From an uncultured Chloroflexia bacterium (GTDB lineage: Bacteria > Chloroflexota > Limnocylindria > Limnocylindrales > CSP1-4): 64,000 bases of DNA. The stretch is taken from assembly GCA_963739365.1 (NCBI GenBank), contig CAVUAG010000016.1:160240-224239 (forward strand), in the 5' to 3' direction. Position 1 is the first letter of the stretch. Each line of letters begins with the position of its first letter. The translations under genes were made by a program, and so were the position numbers. The notes beneath the pieces were generated by a model. The model did no database searches, was not told the origin of the DNA, and saw only the letters and a list, made by a program, of their open reading frames with translations. This document shows positions 37,738-46,823 of this stretch, in pieces.

Positions 37738-39803
37738 ATGGCCGAAGCCGCGGACCCGACGCGCCCCGATCGCGCCCGTGAGCCCCGCCCTGCCGCCGCG
37801 CCCGGCCCCGCCCGTGCGGGTCGGCGCGCTGCTGCGCGAGGCGATCACCGGGGAGCTGGCCGGCGGCCTTCTGGGGCCCCGGGGGCCGCTCCTCGCGGCC
37901 GCCGTCACCGGCCTCTACGTCGTCGCCGCCGCCTCTTCGTCGCCGCACGACGTCGCCGTCTCGTTCGCCATCTGCCCCTCGTCCTGGCCGCCCTCACGAT
38001 GCCGGCCGCCCAGGGACTCGTCGTCGCGCTGGTCACGGCAGGCACCGTCGTGGTCTCCCACGTCGTCGTCGGATGCCCACGGGCTGAGCGCGCTCGAGAT
38101 CGTCGAGCTCCTCGCGTTCGCCGTCGTCAGCCTCTCCCTTCGCCTCGTCGTCGTCCGCCTCAGCCACGGGCGCGCCGAGATCGATCGCGTGGCCGCCGAC
38201 CTCGGCGCCATGAGCGCGCAGGTCGACGAGGCTCGCGAATCGACCGAGCGCTGGGTCGCCCAGCTCGAGGTGGCCCAGCGAGCCGCCGCCCGGATGGCCG
38301 GCCGCGCCTCGGTCGGCGACGTCGCCGAGACGGTGGCCGACGAGGTCCGGGCGATCGTGGACTACCACGCGTGCCGGGTCTACGTCGTCGCAGGAGCCCG
38401 ACGATCTCGTCCCGATCGTGGCCGCCGGCGACAACGGCTACGAGACGATCGGGCTCGAGGAGCTTCGTCTCAAGGTGGGCGAGGGCTTCTCCGGCTGGGT
38501 CGCCGCCAACGGACGGCCGCTCCTGGTCCCCGACGCCAACGCGGATCCGCGCGGGGTCACGATCCCGGGCACCGACGAGGTCGAGGAGTCGATGCTCGTG
38601 GTCCCGATGCGCTACGACGAGCGGGTCACGGGCGTGATCACGCTCTCCAAGCTGGGCCTCCACCAGTTCGACCTGGCAGACGTGCGGATCCTCTCGATCC
38701 TGGCCGACCAGGCCGCCACCGCGATCGAGTCGGCGCGGGCGATCAGCGCCTCGGCGGACCTCGCCGAGGACCTGCGCCGGATCGCGGACATGAGCAGCGC
38801 CCTCTCGCGCAGCCTGGACCCCCGGCAGGTGGCGGACCTGATCGCCCAGCACGTCGGCCGCGCGTTCGAGGCCGACGAGTGCGGGGTCTCCTCGTGGGAC
38901 CGGCCGGCCGATCGCCTGCTGACGCGCGGGTACTGGCCGGCGGCACCGGATCGACGCAGCACGAGCCATCCTTCGACCTCGCCGGGTATCCCGAGACGCG
39001 CAGGGTCCTCGAGACCCAGGCGATCGCGACGATCGACGCCCTCGACCCTGCCGCGGACGCGGCCGAGGCCGCGCTCCTGCGCCGGGATGGCCAGCGGTCC
39101 CTGGTGATGATCCCGCTCGTGGCCAAGGGGGAGACCGTCGGGCTCGTGGAGCTCTGCTTCGTTGGGTCCCTCCACCTGGAGGCCCGCCGCCTGGACCTGG
39201 TCCGGGCGATGGCGAACGAGGCGGCGATGGCCCTCGGCAACGCCCAGCTCTACGAGACGACGCGGGCGCTCGCCGACCGCGACCCATTGACCGGCTTCTT
39301 CAACCATCGCTACCTGCACGAACGCCTGGGCGAGGAGATCCTGCGTGCCCAGCGGTCGGCGTCCCCCTCGCGCTTCCTGATGATCGACCTCGACGACTTC
39401 AAGCTCGTCAACGACACGCTCGGCCACCTCTTCGGCGACGAGGTCCTGCGCTGGTCGGCAGAGCAGATCCGGGGTGCCCTCCGGGGCTCGGACGTGGCCG
39501 CGACGCTATGGCGGCGACGAGTTCGCGGTGATCCTGCCGGACACGTCGGCCGACGGCGCCCGCGAGGTCGGCGAGCGGATCGTGGCCGCCCTCCGCGACC
39601 ACCCCTACCAGGCCGAGGGCCGCGGCCCCGTGCCGGTGGGCGCGTCCGTCGGGGAGCCGCGTTCCCGGCCGACGGCGCGGAGCGCGCAGGCGCTCATCGC
39701 TGGCGCCGACGCCGCCCTCTACCGGGTCAAGGGAAGCGGCGGCCGCGGTGTCCAGGGCCGGGTCCAGCGCCGCCTCGCCCCGTCGGCCCGCCGCGCGGGG
39801 TAG
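37738..39803 (+). pseudogene. membrane GAF-GAF-GGDEF diguanylate cyclase with at least five uncompensated frame changes
   Basis: GACGAT, then 6 nt, then ATG 37738 (alternative start GTG 37814). TM segments, GAF text (GFSGWVAANGRPLLVPDANADPRGV...MLVVPMRYDERVTGVITLSK; LVMIPLVAKGETVGLVEL) and GGDEF text (LMIDLDDFKLVNDTLGHLFGDEVL; RYGGDEFAVILPD) sit in different frames. Shifts at ~37975, ~38070, ~38390, ~38947 and ~39508, plus two locally compensated indel pairs at ~39365 and ~39650-39677. Confidence 0.75.
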
Positions 39804-40458
39804 GGGGCGGCGGGGGAGGGGCGAGGCTCAGACGGGCCACGAGGCGCGGGGCGAGGTCAGACGGATGGCGAACGAGGCGGCGATGGCCCTGGGCAACGCC
39901 CAGCTTTACGAGACGACGAGGGCGCTTGCCGACCGCGACCCGCTGACCGGCTTCTACAACCACCGCTACCTGCACGAGCGCCTTGGCGAGGAGATCCTGC
40001 GGGCCCAACGGTCGGGCGCTCCGCTCGCGCTCCTGATGATCGACCTCGACGACTTCAAGCTCGTCAACGACACGCTCGGCCACCTCTTCGGCGACGAGGT
40101 CCTGCGCTGGTCGGCCGAGCAGATCCGGGGCGCTCTCCGGGGCTCCGACGTGGCGGCGCGCTACGGCGGCGACGAGTTTGCGGTGATCCTGCCGGACACG
40201 CCCGCCGACGGCGCCCGCGAGGTCGGCGAGCGGATCGTGGCCGCCCTCCGCGACCACCCCTACCAGGCCGAGGGCCGCGGCCCCGTGCCGGTAGGCGCGT
40301 CCGTCGGGGTAGCTGCGTTCCCGGCCGACGGCCGGAGTGCGCAGGCGCTCATCGCCGGTGCCGACGCCGCGCTCTACCGGGTCAAGGGAAGCGGCGGCCG
40401 CGGCGTCCAGGGCCGGGTCCAGCGCCGCCTCGCCCAGCCGGCGCGCCGGGCAGGATAG
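39209..40458 (+). repeat. tandem duplication of a ~595-bp GGDEF-coding segment (period ~656 bp)
   Basis: 39209-39803 and 39865-40458 align end to end, with roughly one mismatch per ten bases by eye and five indels, all on the copy-1 side of the comparison. Confidence 0.8.
39865..40458 (+). CDS. stand-alone GGDEF domain protein (intact tandem duplicate of the 3' end of the preceding gene)
   Basis: From the Met within track ORF 39748..40458: MANEAAMALGNAQLYETTRALADRDPLTGFYNHRYL...LLMIDLDDFKLVNDTLGHLFGDEVL...ARYGGDEFAVILPD...ADAALYRVKGSG. Confidence 0.75.
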   Translation: MANEAAMALGNAQLYETTRALADRDPLTGFYNHRYLHERLGEEILRAQRSGAPLALLMIDLDDFKLVNDTLGHLFGDEVLRWSAEQIRGALRGSDVAARYGGDEFAVILPDTPADGAREVGERIVAALRDHPYQAEGRGPVPVGASVGVAAFPADGRSAQALIAGADAALYRVKGSGGRGVQGRVQRRLAQPARRAG

Positions 40459-40494
40459 CGGGCGGGGGCGGGCCGTCGGGCTCAGTGTGGCCGC

Positions 40495-40582
40495 GATCCC
40501 GGCTCCACCACGCTCCGCGGCCCCGCCGCCCGCCGCCCGCCGCCCGCCGCCCGCCGCCCCGACGCCCGCCGCCCGCCGCCCC
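40495..40582. repeat. (CCCGCCG)n-type C-rich microsatellite
   Basis: ccgccgcccgccgcccgccgcccgccgcccgccgccccgacgcccgccgcccgccgcccc. The minus strand is G3-4/N3-4 periodic. Confidence 0.7.
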
Positions 40583-40586
40583 GACG

Positions 40587-40734
40587 CCCCGACGCCACGG
40601 TCCATGCAAGGATTCCGCCTCGACCACGCTCCGTTCGGTGCTCAGGCCGCCGCCGAGGCCCGAATCGCGCACCAAGCGGAGCGTGGTGAGTCGCTGAACC
40701 TTTCATGGACTCGGGCCAGGGCGCGTCGGACGGG
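40587..40734 (+). repeat. long-hairpin repeat, copy B
   Basis: CCCCGACGCCACGGTCCATGCAAGGATTCCGCCTCGACCACGCTCCGTTCGGTGC...GCACCAAGCGGAGCGTGGTGAG...GAACCTTTCATGGACTCGGGCCAGGGCGCGTCGGACGGG. Confidence 0.8.
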
Positions 40735-40865
40735 CCCGCGGCGCCCCGTCCGCACGCTCACCCGGTGGCTCGCCGGCGATGAGTGAGCGGTAAGTGAGCG
40801 TCCGCACCATGTGCAGATGGGTACGCAGTCGAGCCCTGCCCGCGAGATCGAACGACGCCTCGACG

Positions 40866-41012
40866 CCCCGACGGCACGGTCCATGCAAGGATTCCGGCTC
40901 GACCACGCTCCGTTCGGTGCTCAGGCCGTCGTCGAAGCCGGATTCGCGCACCAAGCGGAGCGTGGTGAGCCCCGAACCTTTCATGGACTCGGACCGGGGC
41001 GCGTCGGACGAG
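40866..41012 (+). repeat. long-hairpin repeat, copy C
   Basis: Near-identical to copy B. Part of the ~280-bp tandem duplication 40583-41142. Confidence 0.8.
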
Positions 41013-41091
41013 GCCCCGCGGCGCCCCGTCCGGCACGCTCACCCGGTGGCTCGCCGGCGATGAGTGAGCGGTAAGTGAGCGTCCGCACCAT

Positions 41092-41910
41092 GTGCAGATG
41101 GGTACGCAGTCGAGCCCTGCCCGCGAGATCGAACGACGCCTCAGTTCCGCCATTGCCGCCGCGGTCGTCCGCGGGCGAGCCGAGCTCGGCTGGTCGAAGG
41201 CCGAGGTGGCGCGACGGGCCGGCGTTTCGGCGGCCACCATGACGCGCATCGAGGCCGGATCCGGAGAGCATGTCGGCCTCCGGGCAGTCTGCGCGGTTCT
41301 CGAAGCCCTGGGCACCGATGCCCGCCTGTTCCTCGATGGTCCGACAGTCCTGGCGGATCGCTCCCAGGACGACGCTGTTCACGCCCGGCTGTGCGGCCAT
41401 CTTGCCGGACGTCTGTCGGCGTTGGGCTGGGAGCCCGCGCTGGAGGTCGAGGTCGGTGAGGGGCGCATCCGAGGCTTCGTCGATGTCATGGCATTTCGAC
41501 CGGTTGACCGAGCCGTGATCTGCGACGAGACGAAGTCCGAGGTTCACGACGCCGGCGCAATCGTCAGGACGCTGCGCTGGTATGCCAACCACGCGTGGGA
41601 TGCGGCGCGAGGCCTCGGGTGGAAGCCCGCCCGCGTCGTTCCGATCCTGACTGTGCTCGACTCTGCCGATGTTGCGGCGCGCCTTCGCGAGAACCGGACG
41701 CTCATGGACGCTGCGTTCCCGGTCCGAGCCGCTGAGCTGCAGGCGTGGATCGAGGATCATCAGGCTCCGCTGGCCGGGGGCTTCGGCCTCGCGGCGCTCG
41801 ATCCGGCAAGTCGGCGACACGCGTGGCTCAGGGCAACTGCCGTTGACGCGCGGCGGGTCGTGCCGCCGTATCGCAACTACGCGGACTTCGCCAACCGCGG
41901 GCGGCGGTGA
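41092..41910 (+). CDS. XRE-type HTH protein with C-terminal PD-(D/E)xK-like domain (paralog 2)
   Basis: Track ORF 41092..41910. HTH: GRAELGWSKAEVARRAGVSAATMTRIEAGSGEHVGLRAVCAVLEAL. Core: GRIRGFVDVMAFRPVDRAVICDETKSEV. Alignable by eye with the 23944-24855 protein. Confidence 0.75.
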   Translation: MQMGTQSSPAREIERRLSSAIAAAVVRGRAELGWSKAEVARRAGVSAATMTRIEAGSGEHVGLRAVCAVLEALGTDARLFLDGPTVLADRSQDDAVHARLCGHLAGRLSALGWEPALEVEVGEGRIRGFVDVMAFRPVDRAVICDETKSEVHDAGAIVRTLRWYANHAWDAARGLGWKPARVVPILTVLDSADVAARLRENRTLMDAAFPVRAAELQAWIEDHQAPLAGGFGLAALDPASRRHAWLRATAVDARRVVPPYRNYADFANRGRR

Positions 41911-42076
41911 GCCGGTCCGGATCGGCGCGAGGAGCCGAGCCACCGGGCCTGATCGGATGCGGCTCTGCGGGGGTCGCGGTGTCGGCTGAGACCTCGATGA
42001 CCCACAGCACCGGCTCAATGCGATTGGCGTCCACGACCGCCCGTCGCTCCGCGGACCCGACGGCCGCCGCCCGCCG

Positions 42077-42224
42077 CCCCGACGGCACGGTCCATGCAAG
42101 GATTTCGTCTCGACCACGCTCCGTTCGGTGCTCAGGCCGCCGTTGAGGCCCGATCCGCGCACCAAGCGGAGCGTGGTGAGCCGTAGAACCTTTCATGGAC
42201 TCGGACCGGGCGCGTCGGACGGGC
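42077..42224 (+). repeat. long-hairpin repeat, copy D
   Basis: CCCCGACGGCACGGTCCATGCAAGGATTTCGTCTCGACCACGCTCCGTTCGGTGC...GCACCAAGCGGAGCGTGGTGAGCCGTAGAACCTTTCATGGACTCGGACCGGGCGCGTCGGACGGG. Confidence 0.8.
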
Positions 42225-42323
42225 GAGAACCGAGCCACCGGGCCCAGGCGGGCCGTCGCGGCGGTGCGTTGATGCGCCGTCGGGTGGACGCACGCCGTCC
42301 GCGCGCCGCATCCTGTTCTGGAC

Positions 42324-43520
42324 GTGAACGACCTGACCCCGAACCTCGCCCCGACGCCAGCCCCGGTCTCGCCCCCCGACCCGCTGGCGGCGCGCGCCCG
42401 GATCGCCTGGGGCGGCCTCGCCCTGGCGATCGGCGCCCTTGCAGTCCTCGTCGTCGCCGGGATCGCCGTGCCGGGGCTCCCGCTCGGCATCCCCGTCGCC
42501 GTCGCGGTGGTGGCCGTCGCGGGGGCCGCAGCATGGGCTCACCGCTCCGTGGAGCAGCACGAAGCGGGGTCGCGCGAGGAGGTGGAGAACTTCGCCCGGA
42601 TCCTCCAGGGCTTCTCGCGGGCCGTGTCGCCCGACGCGATCGTGGACGCGATCCTGGGCGACCTCGGCCCGGGGACCGAGGCGGACCACCTGGTCGTGGT
42701 CCGTCGTCGGCCCGGGGCGCCGATCCTGGACGCCACGCTCATCCCGACCCGGCCGGGGGCGCCCCGCGCGGAGACGGTCCTGCCGGCCGTGGATCTCGAC
42801 GACCCGGGCGGTGCCCCCCTGGAGCGGATTGCCGGCCGCGTCCGGCGCGCGTTCGGGCTGACCAACGTCCTCGGCGCGCCGCTCACGGCCCACGGGGAGC
42901 TGCTCGGCGCGATCCTCGTCTCGCGGCGGCGCGCCGGCCCGTGGTCGGACGCCTCGCGCCGGCTCCTGGACGCGGCGGCCACGGAGGCATCGGCCGCCCT
43001 CGCGAGAACCGAGACGCACCGTGCGGCTGAGGCAGCGGCCACGACCGACGCCCTGACCGGCCTGCCGAACCGGCGCTACTTCGAGGAGTACGTGGAGCTG
43101 CTGGGCCGCGGCCGGCGGGTCGACGATGCGGTGGGGATCCTCATGGTCGACGTGGACCGTTTCAAGCTCCTGAACGACCGTCACGGCCACGCCACCGGCG
43201 ACGTCGTGCTGCGTGCCGTGGCGCGCACGATCGGGGCGGCCGTCCGGGACGAGGACCTGCCCGCGCGCTACGGCGGCGAGGAGTTCGTCGTCCTCCTGCG
43301 GAACCCCAGCCGGGCGGTTGCCCTGGAGGTGGGGGAGCGCATCCGGGAGTCAGTCGAGCGCATCGACCTGCACGCGGTGGGCGTGGAGAAGGTGACGGTC
43401 TCGGTGGGCGCCGCGGTGGGTGACGGGGGATCCGAGCGCGTTCCCGAGCTGGTGGAGGCCGCCGATCGCGCCCTCTACCGGGCGAAGCGCTTCGGGCGCA
43501 ACCGGGTCGAACCCGGCTGA
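42324..43520 (+). CDS. membrane-anchored diguanylate cyclase (GGEEF)
   Basis: Track ORF 42324..43520: two TM spans, then DALTGLPNRRYFEE...ILMVDVDRFKLLNDRHGHATGDVVL...ARYGGEEFVVLL...ADRALYRAKRFGRNR. Confidence 0.88.
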   Translation: MNDLTPNLAPTPAPVSPPDPLAARARIAWGGLALAIGALAVLVVAGIAVPGLPLGIPVAVAVVAVAGAAAWAHRSVEQHEAGSREEVENFARILQGFSRAVSPDAIVDAILGDLGPGTEADHLVVVRRRPGAPILDATLIPTRPGAPRAETVLPAVDLDDPGGAPLERIAGRVRRAFGLTNVLGAPLTAHGELLGAILVSRRRAGPWSDASRRLLDAAATEASAALARTETHRAAEAAATTDALTGLPNRRYFEEYVELLGRGRRVDDAVGILMVDVDRFKLLNDRHGHATGDVVLRAVARTIGAAVRDEDLPARYGGEEFVVLLRNPSRAVALEVGERIRESVERIDLHAVGVEKVTVSVGAAVGDGGSERVPELVEAADRALYRAKRFGRNRVEPG

Positions 43521-43630
43521 CCCGGCCGCGCCGGACGCCGCGTGAGCGGGCCCGGCTACCGGCGCGGGCAGAGACACGCCGACGGGCCCGAGCCGGACCC
43601 GACGCGCGGGCCGAGCCCGGCCGACGCCGC

Positions 43631-45670
43631 GTGCGATACTCGGCCCGATGGCCGAGCAGCCCCCGGGAGCCGCCCCGCTCCCCGCCGACACCCCGTCAGG
43701 TTCCCGCCGATCCCGCCCCGCTCCTCTCCAACGCCGAGCTGGCGGCGATCTTCCACGAGATCGGCAGCCTCCTCGAGATCAAGGGCGAGCTCGTCTTCAA
43801 GACCGTCGCCTACCACCGGGCCGCCGACGCGATCGGTCACAGCCCGCACGAGATCGCCCGCGCGTACCGCGAGGGCCACCCGCCCGCGATCCCGGGCGTG
43901 GGCTCCGCGATCTCCGACAAGATCGCGGAGCTGGCAGCCACGGGGCATCTCCGCTTCCTCGACCGGCTCCACGGCGAGGTGCCGCCGACCCTCGTCGAGC
44001 TCCTCGAGGTGCCGGGCGTCGGGCCGAAGACTGTGCGGCTGCTCTGGGAGCGGCTGGGGATCGAGACGCTCGACGACCTGCGAACGGGTCTCCGGGCAGG
44101 CACGATCCGGGGGGTGCCGGGGCTCTCCGAGAAGGGGCTCGTGGCACTGGCGGCGGGCGTGGAGGCAGTCGATCGCCGATCGACGCGGATGACCCTGGGG
44201 ACTGCCGAGCGGATCATCGAAGGTGTGGCGGCGTGGCTCGTCGACGTCCCGGGCGTGCTGCGCGTCGAGCCGGCAGGCTCCTTCCGGCGCCGGCGCGACA
44301 CGATCGGCGACCTGGACCTCCTCGTGGAGACGGACGACGCGCAGGCGGTCATCGAACGCTTCACGACGCTGCCGGCGGTGGAGTCGGTCGTGAACGCCGG
44401 CCCGCACAAGGCTGCCGTCAGGCTGGCCGGAGGGCCCCAGGTGGACCTGATGGTCATGCCGCCCGCGTCGTGCGGGACGTATCTCGTGCACTTCACGGGA
44501 AGCAAGGAGCACAACGTCCTGCTGCGGGGGATCGCCCGCGACCGGGGCTGGAGCCTGTCTGAGAAGGGCTTCGCGCGGCTGGGCGACGATGGCGAGATCG
44601 CGACGGGTCCGGACGCGGAGCTGCGGACGTTCGCCAGTGAGGCCGAGGTCTACGCGTTCCTGGGGCTGGCCGAGATCCCGCCGGAGCTGCGCGAGGGCAC
44701 GGGTGAGGTGGAGGCGGCCCGCGACGGCAGCCTGCCGCGGCTGGTGGAGCTGGCCGACCTGCGCGGCGACTGCCACGCCCACTCTGACTGGTCCGATGGG
44801 ATCCACACGATCGAGCAGATGGCAGGAGCTGCGCGCGCCCGCGGTTACGGTTACCTCGTGCTGACGGATCACTCGCACGGCCTCGCCATCGCGCGGGGGC
44901 TGACACCGGAGCGGGTCGCGGCCCAGCGCGGCATCATCGCCGAGCTCAACGCGCGCTTCGCTCGGGAGGAGGAAGCCGGGACCGCCCCGTCGTCGACCCC
45001 GCCTGGCGGCTTCCGACTCCTGCACGGCTGCGAGCTGGAGGTCCGCGGCGACGGCTCGCTCGACTTCGACGACGACCTGCTCGCCTCGTTCGACGTTGTC
45101 GTGGCCGCGCTCCACCAGGGGCGGCGCCAGTCGCGCGCCCAGCTCACGGCCCGGGTGCTCGGCGCGATCGCGAGCCCCCATGTGGACGTCATTGCGCACC
45201 CGGCCGGTCGGATGCTGGGGGAGCGATCGCGCGACGACCTCGACCTTGCCTGGGACGCGATCTTCGCTGCGGCCGCGGCCACGGGAACGCTCCTCGAGAT
45301 CGACGGTTCTGACCATCGGCTCGACCTCGCCCCGGAGCGAGCACGCCGGGCGGTGGCCGCGGGCTGCCTGCTCACGATCGACTCGGACGCGCATCGGACC
45401 GAGGAGCTGGCCGGGATCGGCTGGGGGGTCGCGCAGGCACGGCGGGCGTGGGTGGAGCCCTCGGTCGTGGCCAACACGTGGTCCCGGGCGGATCTCCTGG
45501 CCTGGGTCGCGGGGAAGCCGGCGCGGATCGCGGCGACCGCGGAACGCGGCGAACCGGCGACCGCGGAACGCGGCGAACCGGCGACCGCGGAACGCGGCGA
45601 ACCGGCGACCGCGGAACGCGGCGCGTCGCCAGCCCGGCCCGCCCCGGCAGCACCGCAGAACGCCGCATGA
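43631..45670 (+). CDS. polX: family X DNA polymerase with C-terminal PHP domain (start uncertain)
   Basis: Track ORF 43631..45670: LSNAELAAIFHEIGSLLEIKGE...IPGVGSAISDKI...VPGVGPKTVRLLW...AGSFRRRRDTIGDLDLLV...; PHP: LRGDCHAHSDWSDG...LVLTDHS. An alternative leaderless ATG at 43648 (GATACT, then 7 nt) is in another frame and would need an early +1 shift. Confidence 0.88.
   Translation: MRYSARWPSSPREPPRSPPTPRQVPADPAPLLSNAELAAIFHEIGSLLEIKGELVFKTVAYHRAADAIGHSPHEIARAYREGHPPAIPGVGSAISDKIAELAATGHLRFLDRLHGEVPPTLVELLEVPGVGPKTVRLLWERLGIETLDDLRTGLRAGTIRGVPGLSEKGLVALAAGVEAVDRRSTRMTLGTAERIIEGVAAWLVDVPGVLRVEPAGSFRRRRDTIGDLDLLVETDDAQAVIERFTTLPAVESVVNAGPHKAAVRLAGGPQVDLMVMPPASCGTYLVHFTGSKEHNVLLRGIARDRGWSLSEKGFARLGDDGEIATGPDAELRTFASEAEVYAFLGLAEIPPELREGTGEVEAARDGSLPRLVELADLRGDCHAHSDWSDGIHTIEQMAGAARARGYGYLVLTDHSHGLAIARGLTPERVAAQRGIIAELNARFAREEEAGTAPSSTPPGGFRLLHGCELEVRGDGSLDFDDDLLASFDVVVAALHQGRRQSRAQLTARVLGAIASPHVDVIAHPAGRMLGERSRDDLDLAWDAIFAAAAATGTLLEIDGSDHRLDLAPERARRAVAAGCLLTIDSDAHRTEELAGIGWGVAQARRAWVEPSVVANTWSRADLLAWVAGKPARIAATAERGEPATAERGEPATAERGEPATAERGASPARPAPAAPQNAA
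45533..45622 (+). repeat. 24-bp tandem repeat, 3.75 copies, coding (ATAERGEP)n in the PolX tail
   Basis: GCGACCGCGGAACGCGGCGAACCG at 45533, 45557 and 45581, with a partial copy at 45605. Confidence 0.85.
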
Positions 45671-46734
45671 GCCGCATGCCGCGCCTGCGCAATCCGCTCC
45701 ACCGTGCCCCGCCCCCGCTCGCGACCGGGGCGCCCGGGCACCCGCTGCCCCCTACCCCCCGGCGCACGGGGAGGACGCCGGCTCCCGGGCCGGCGCTCCA
45801 CGGGGCGCCCGGCCGGCCGCTGGGGTCGCCCTCGGCGGGAGCGGGCTCCGACACGGGGGCGACCGTCCGTGCGGGGAGCCTCGGCCGGTTCGGCGCGACG
45901 CGCATGTCGAGCGGTGACCCCGCCTGGGAGCTCGTCATCGTCGGCGTCACCCTCGCCGCCATCGGCCGCCTTGCGGAGGGCCCGGCGCTCTGGGTCGCGG
46001 CGTTCGTGGCTGGCCTCGCGCTGGGCCTCGCCGCCCTCGAGATCCTGGGCACTGTCGACCCGCCGCCGGGCGTCGCCGACCTCGGCGTCCCGGTGGAGGC
46101 GCTGCTCGTGCCCGCGGCGACGGGGATCGCATCGGTCGTGGGCATCCACGTCGTCCCCGTCGGGCTCCTGCTCGTGCCCGCCCTCGTCGCCGTCGGATCT
46201 CTGATCGCGTCGTCGATCGCGATCGAGCGGCGGATCCTCGCCCGCCCCAGCGGGCCGACGGCGGCGGACCGGACGGCCCTGCTCGGCCTCGTCATGCTCG
46301 TCGCCTTCGTGGCCTTCACCGGGATCGCCGCCGCCATCCCGGGCGCCCTCGTGGAGCCGCCTCCGACCGGCGTCGAGACGCCCGTCACCGGGCTCCCGCT
46401 CGAGGGCCTGGCCCTGCTCGCCGCGCTCGACGGCCTCGTGGCCGGGATCCTGGGCTACCGACTGGCGGCTCTCCAGGGTCCCACCCTCCGCCGCGCGCTC
46501 GGGGCCGCCCTGTCGTACGCGGCGGTGATCGCCATCGCGGCTGCGGCGCTGCGCGCCATGGCCCTGCCGCGACTGGTGGGCCCTGCGCTCCTGACGCTCG
46601 TGTTCTACCTATGGAGTGCCTACCGCGCCGTTCCGCGCGGCACGAGGCGCGACCCGCGCTGGATCTGGGAGGTCCTCCTGCTCGTGGCGCTGGGTCTGGT
46701 CGTCGTGCTCTGGAACCTGCTGGCCCACGGCTGA
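45667..46734 (+). CDS. polytopic membrane protein, unknown function
   Basis: Within track ORF 45448..46734. ATG 45667 overlaps the polX stop (ATGA); alternative start ATG 45904. Many hydrophobic spans (WELVIVGVTLAAIG..., LLGLVMLVAFVAFTGIAAAIPG..., WEVLLLVALGLVVVLWNLL). Confidence 0.65.
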   Translation: MSRMPRLRNPLHRAPPPLATGAPGHPLPPTPRRTGRTPAPGPALHGAPGRPLGSPSAGAGSDTGATVRAGSLGRFGATRMSSGDPAWELVIVGVTLAAIGRLAEGPALWVAAFVAGLALGLAALEILGTVDPPPGVADLGVPVEALLVPAATGIASVVGIHVVPVGLLLVPALVAVGSLIASSIAIERRILARPSGPTAADRTALLGLVMLVAFVAFTGIAAAIPGALVEPPPTGVETPVTGLPLEGLALLAALDGLVAGILGYRLAALQGPTLRRALGAALSYAAVIAIAAAALRAMALPRLVGPALLTLVFYLWSAYRAVPRGTRRDPRWIWEVLLLVALGLVVVLWNLLAHG

Positions 46735-46823
46735 CGGGGGCGCACAATAGGCGACCGCGTCGCGGGCGTTTGACGTCGGCGCCCCCGGACAGCCCCGGTC
46801 CCCCGCCCCCGACCCGCGGCCGG

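Noticed and set aside
21350-42224. Hairpin repeats as integron attC sites, with the TA and HTH genes as cassettes
   Set aside because: There is no GTTRRRY/RYYYAAC core at the ends and no intI or attI nearby. The elements are more symmetric and more conserved than attC sites usually are.
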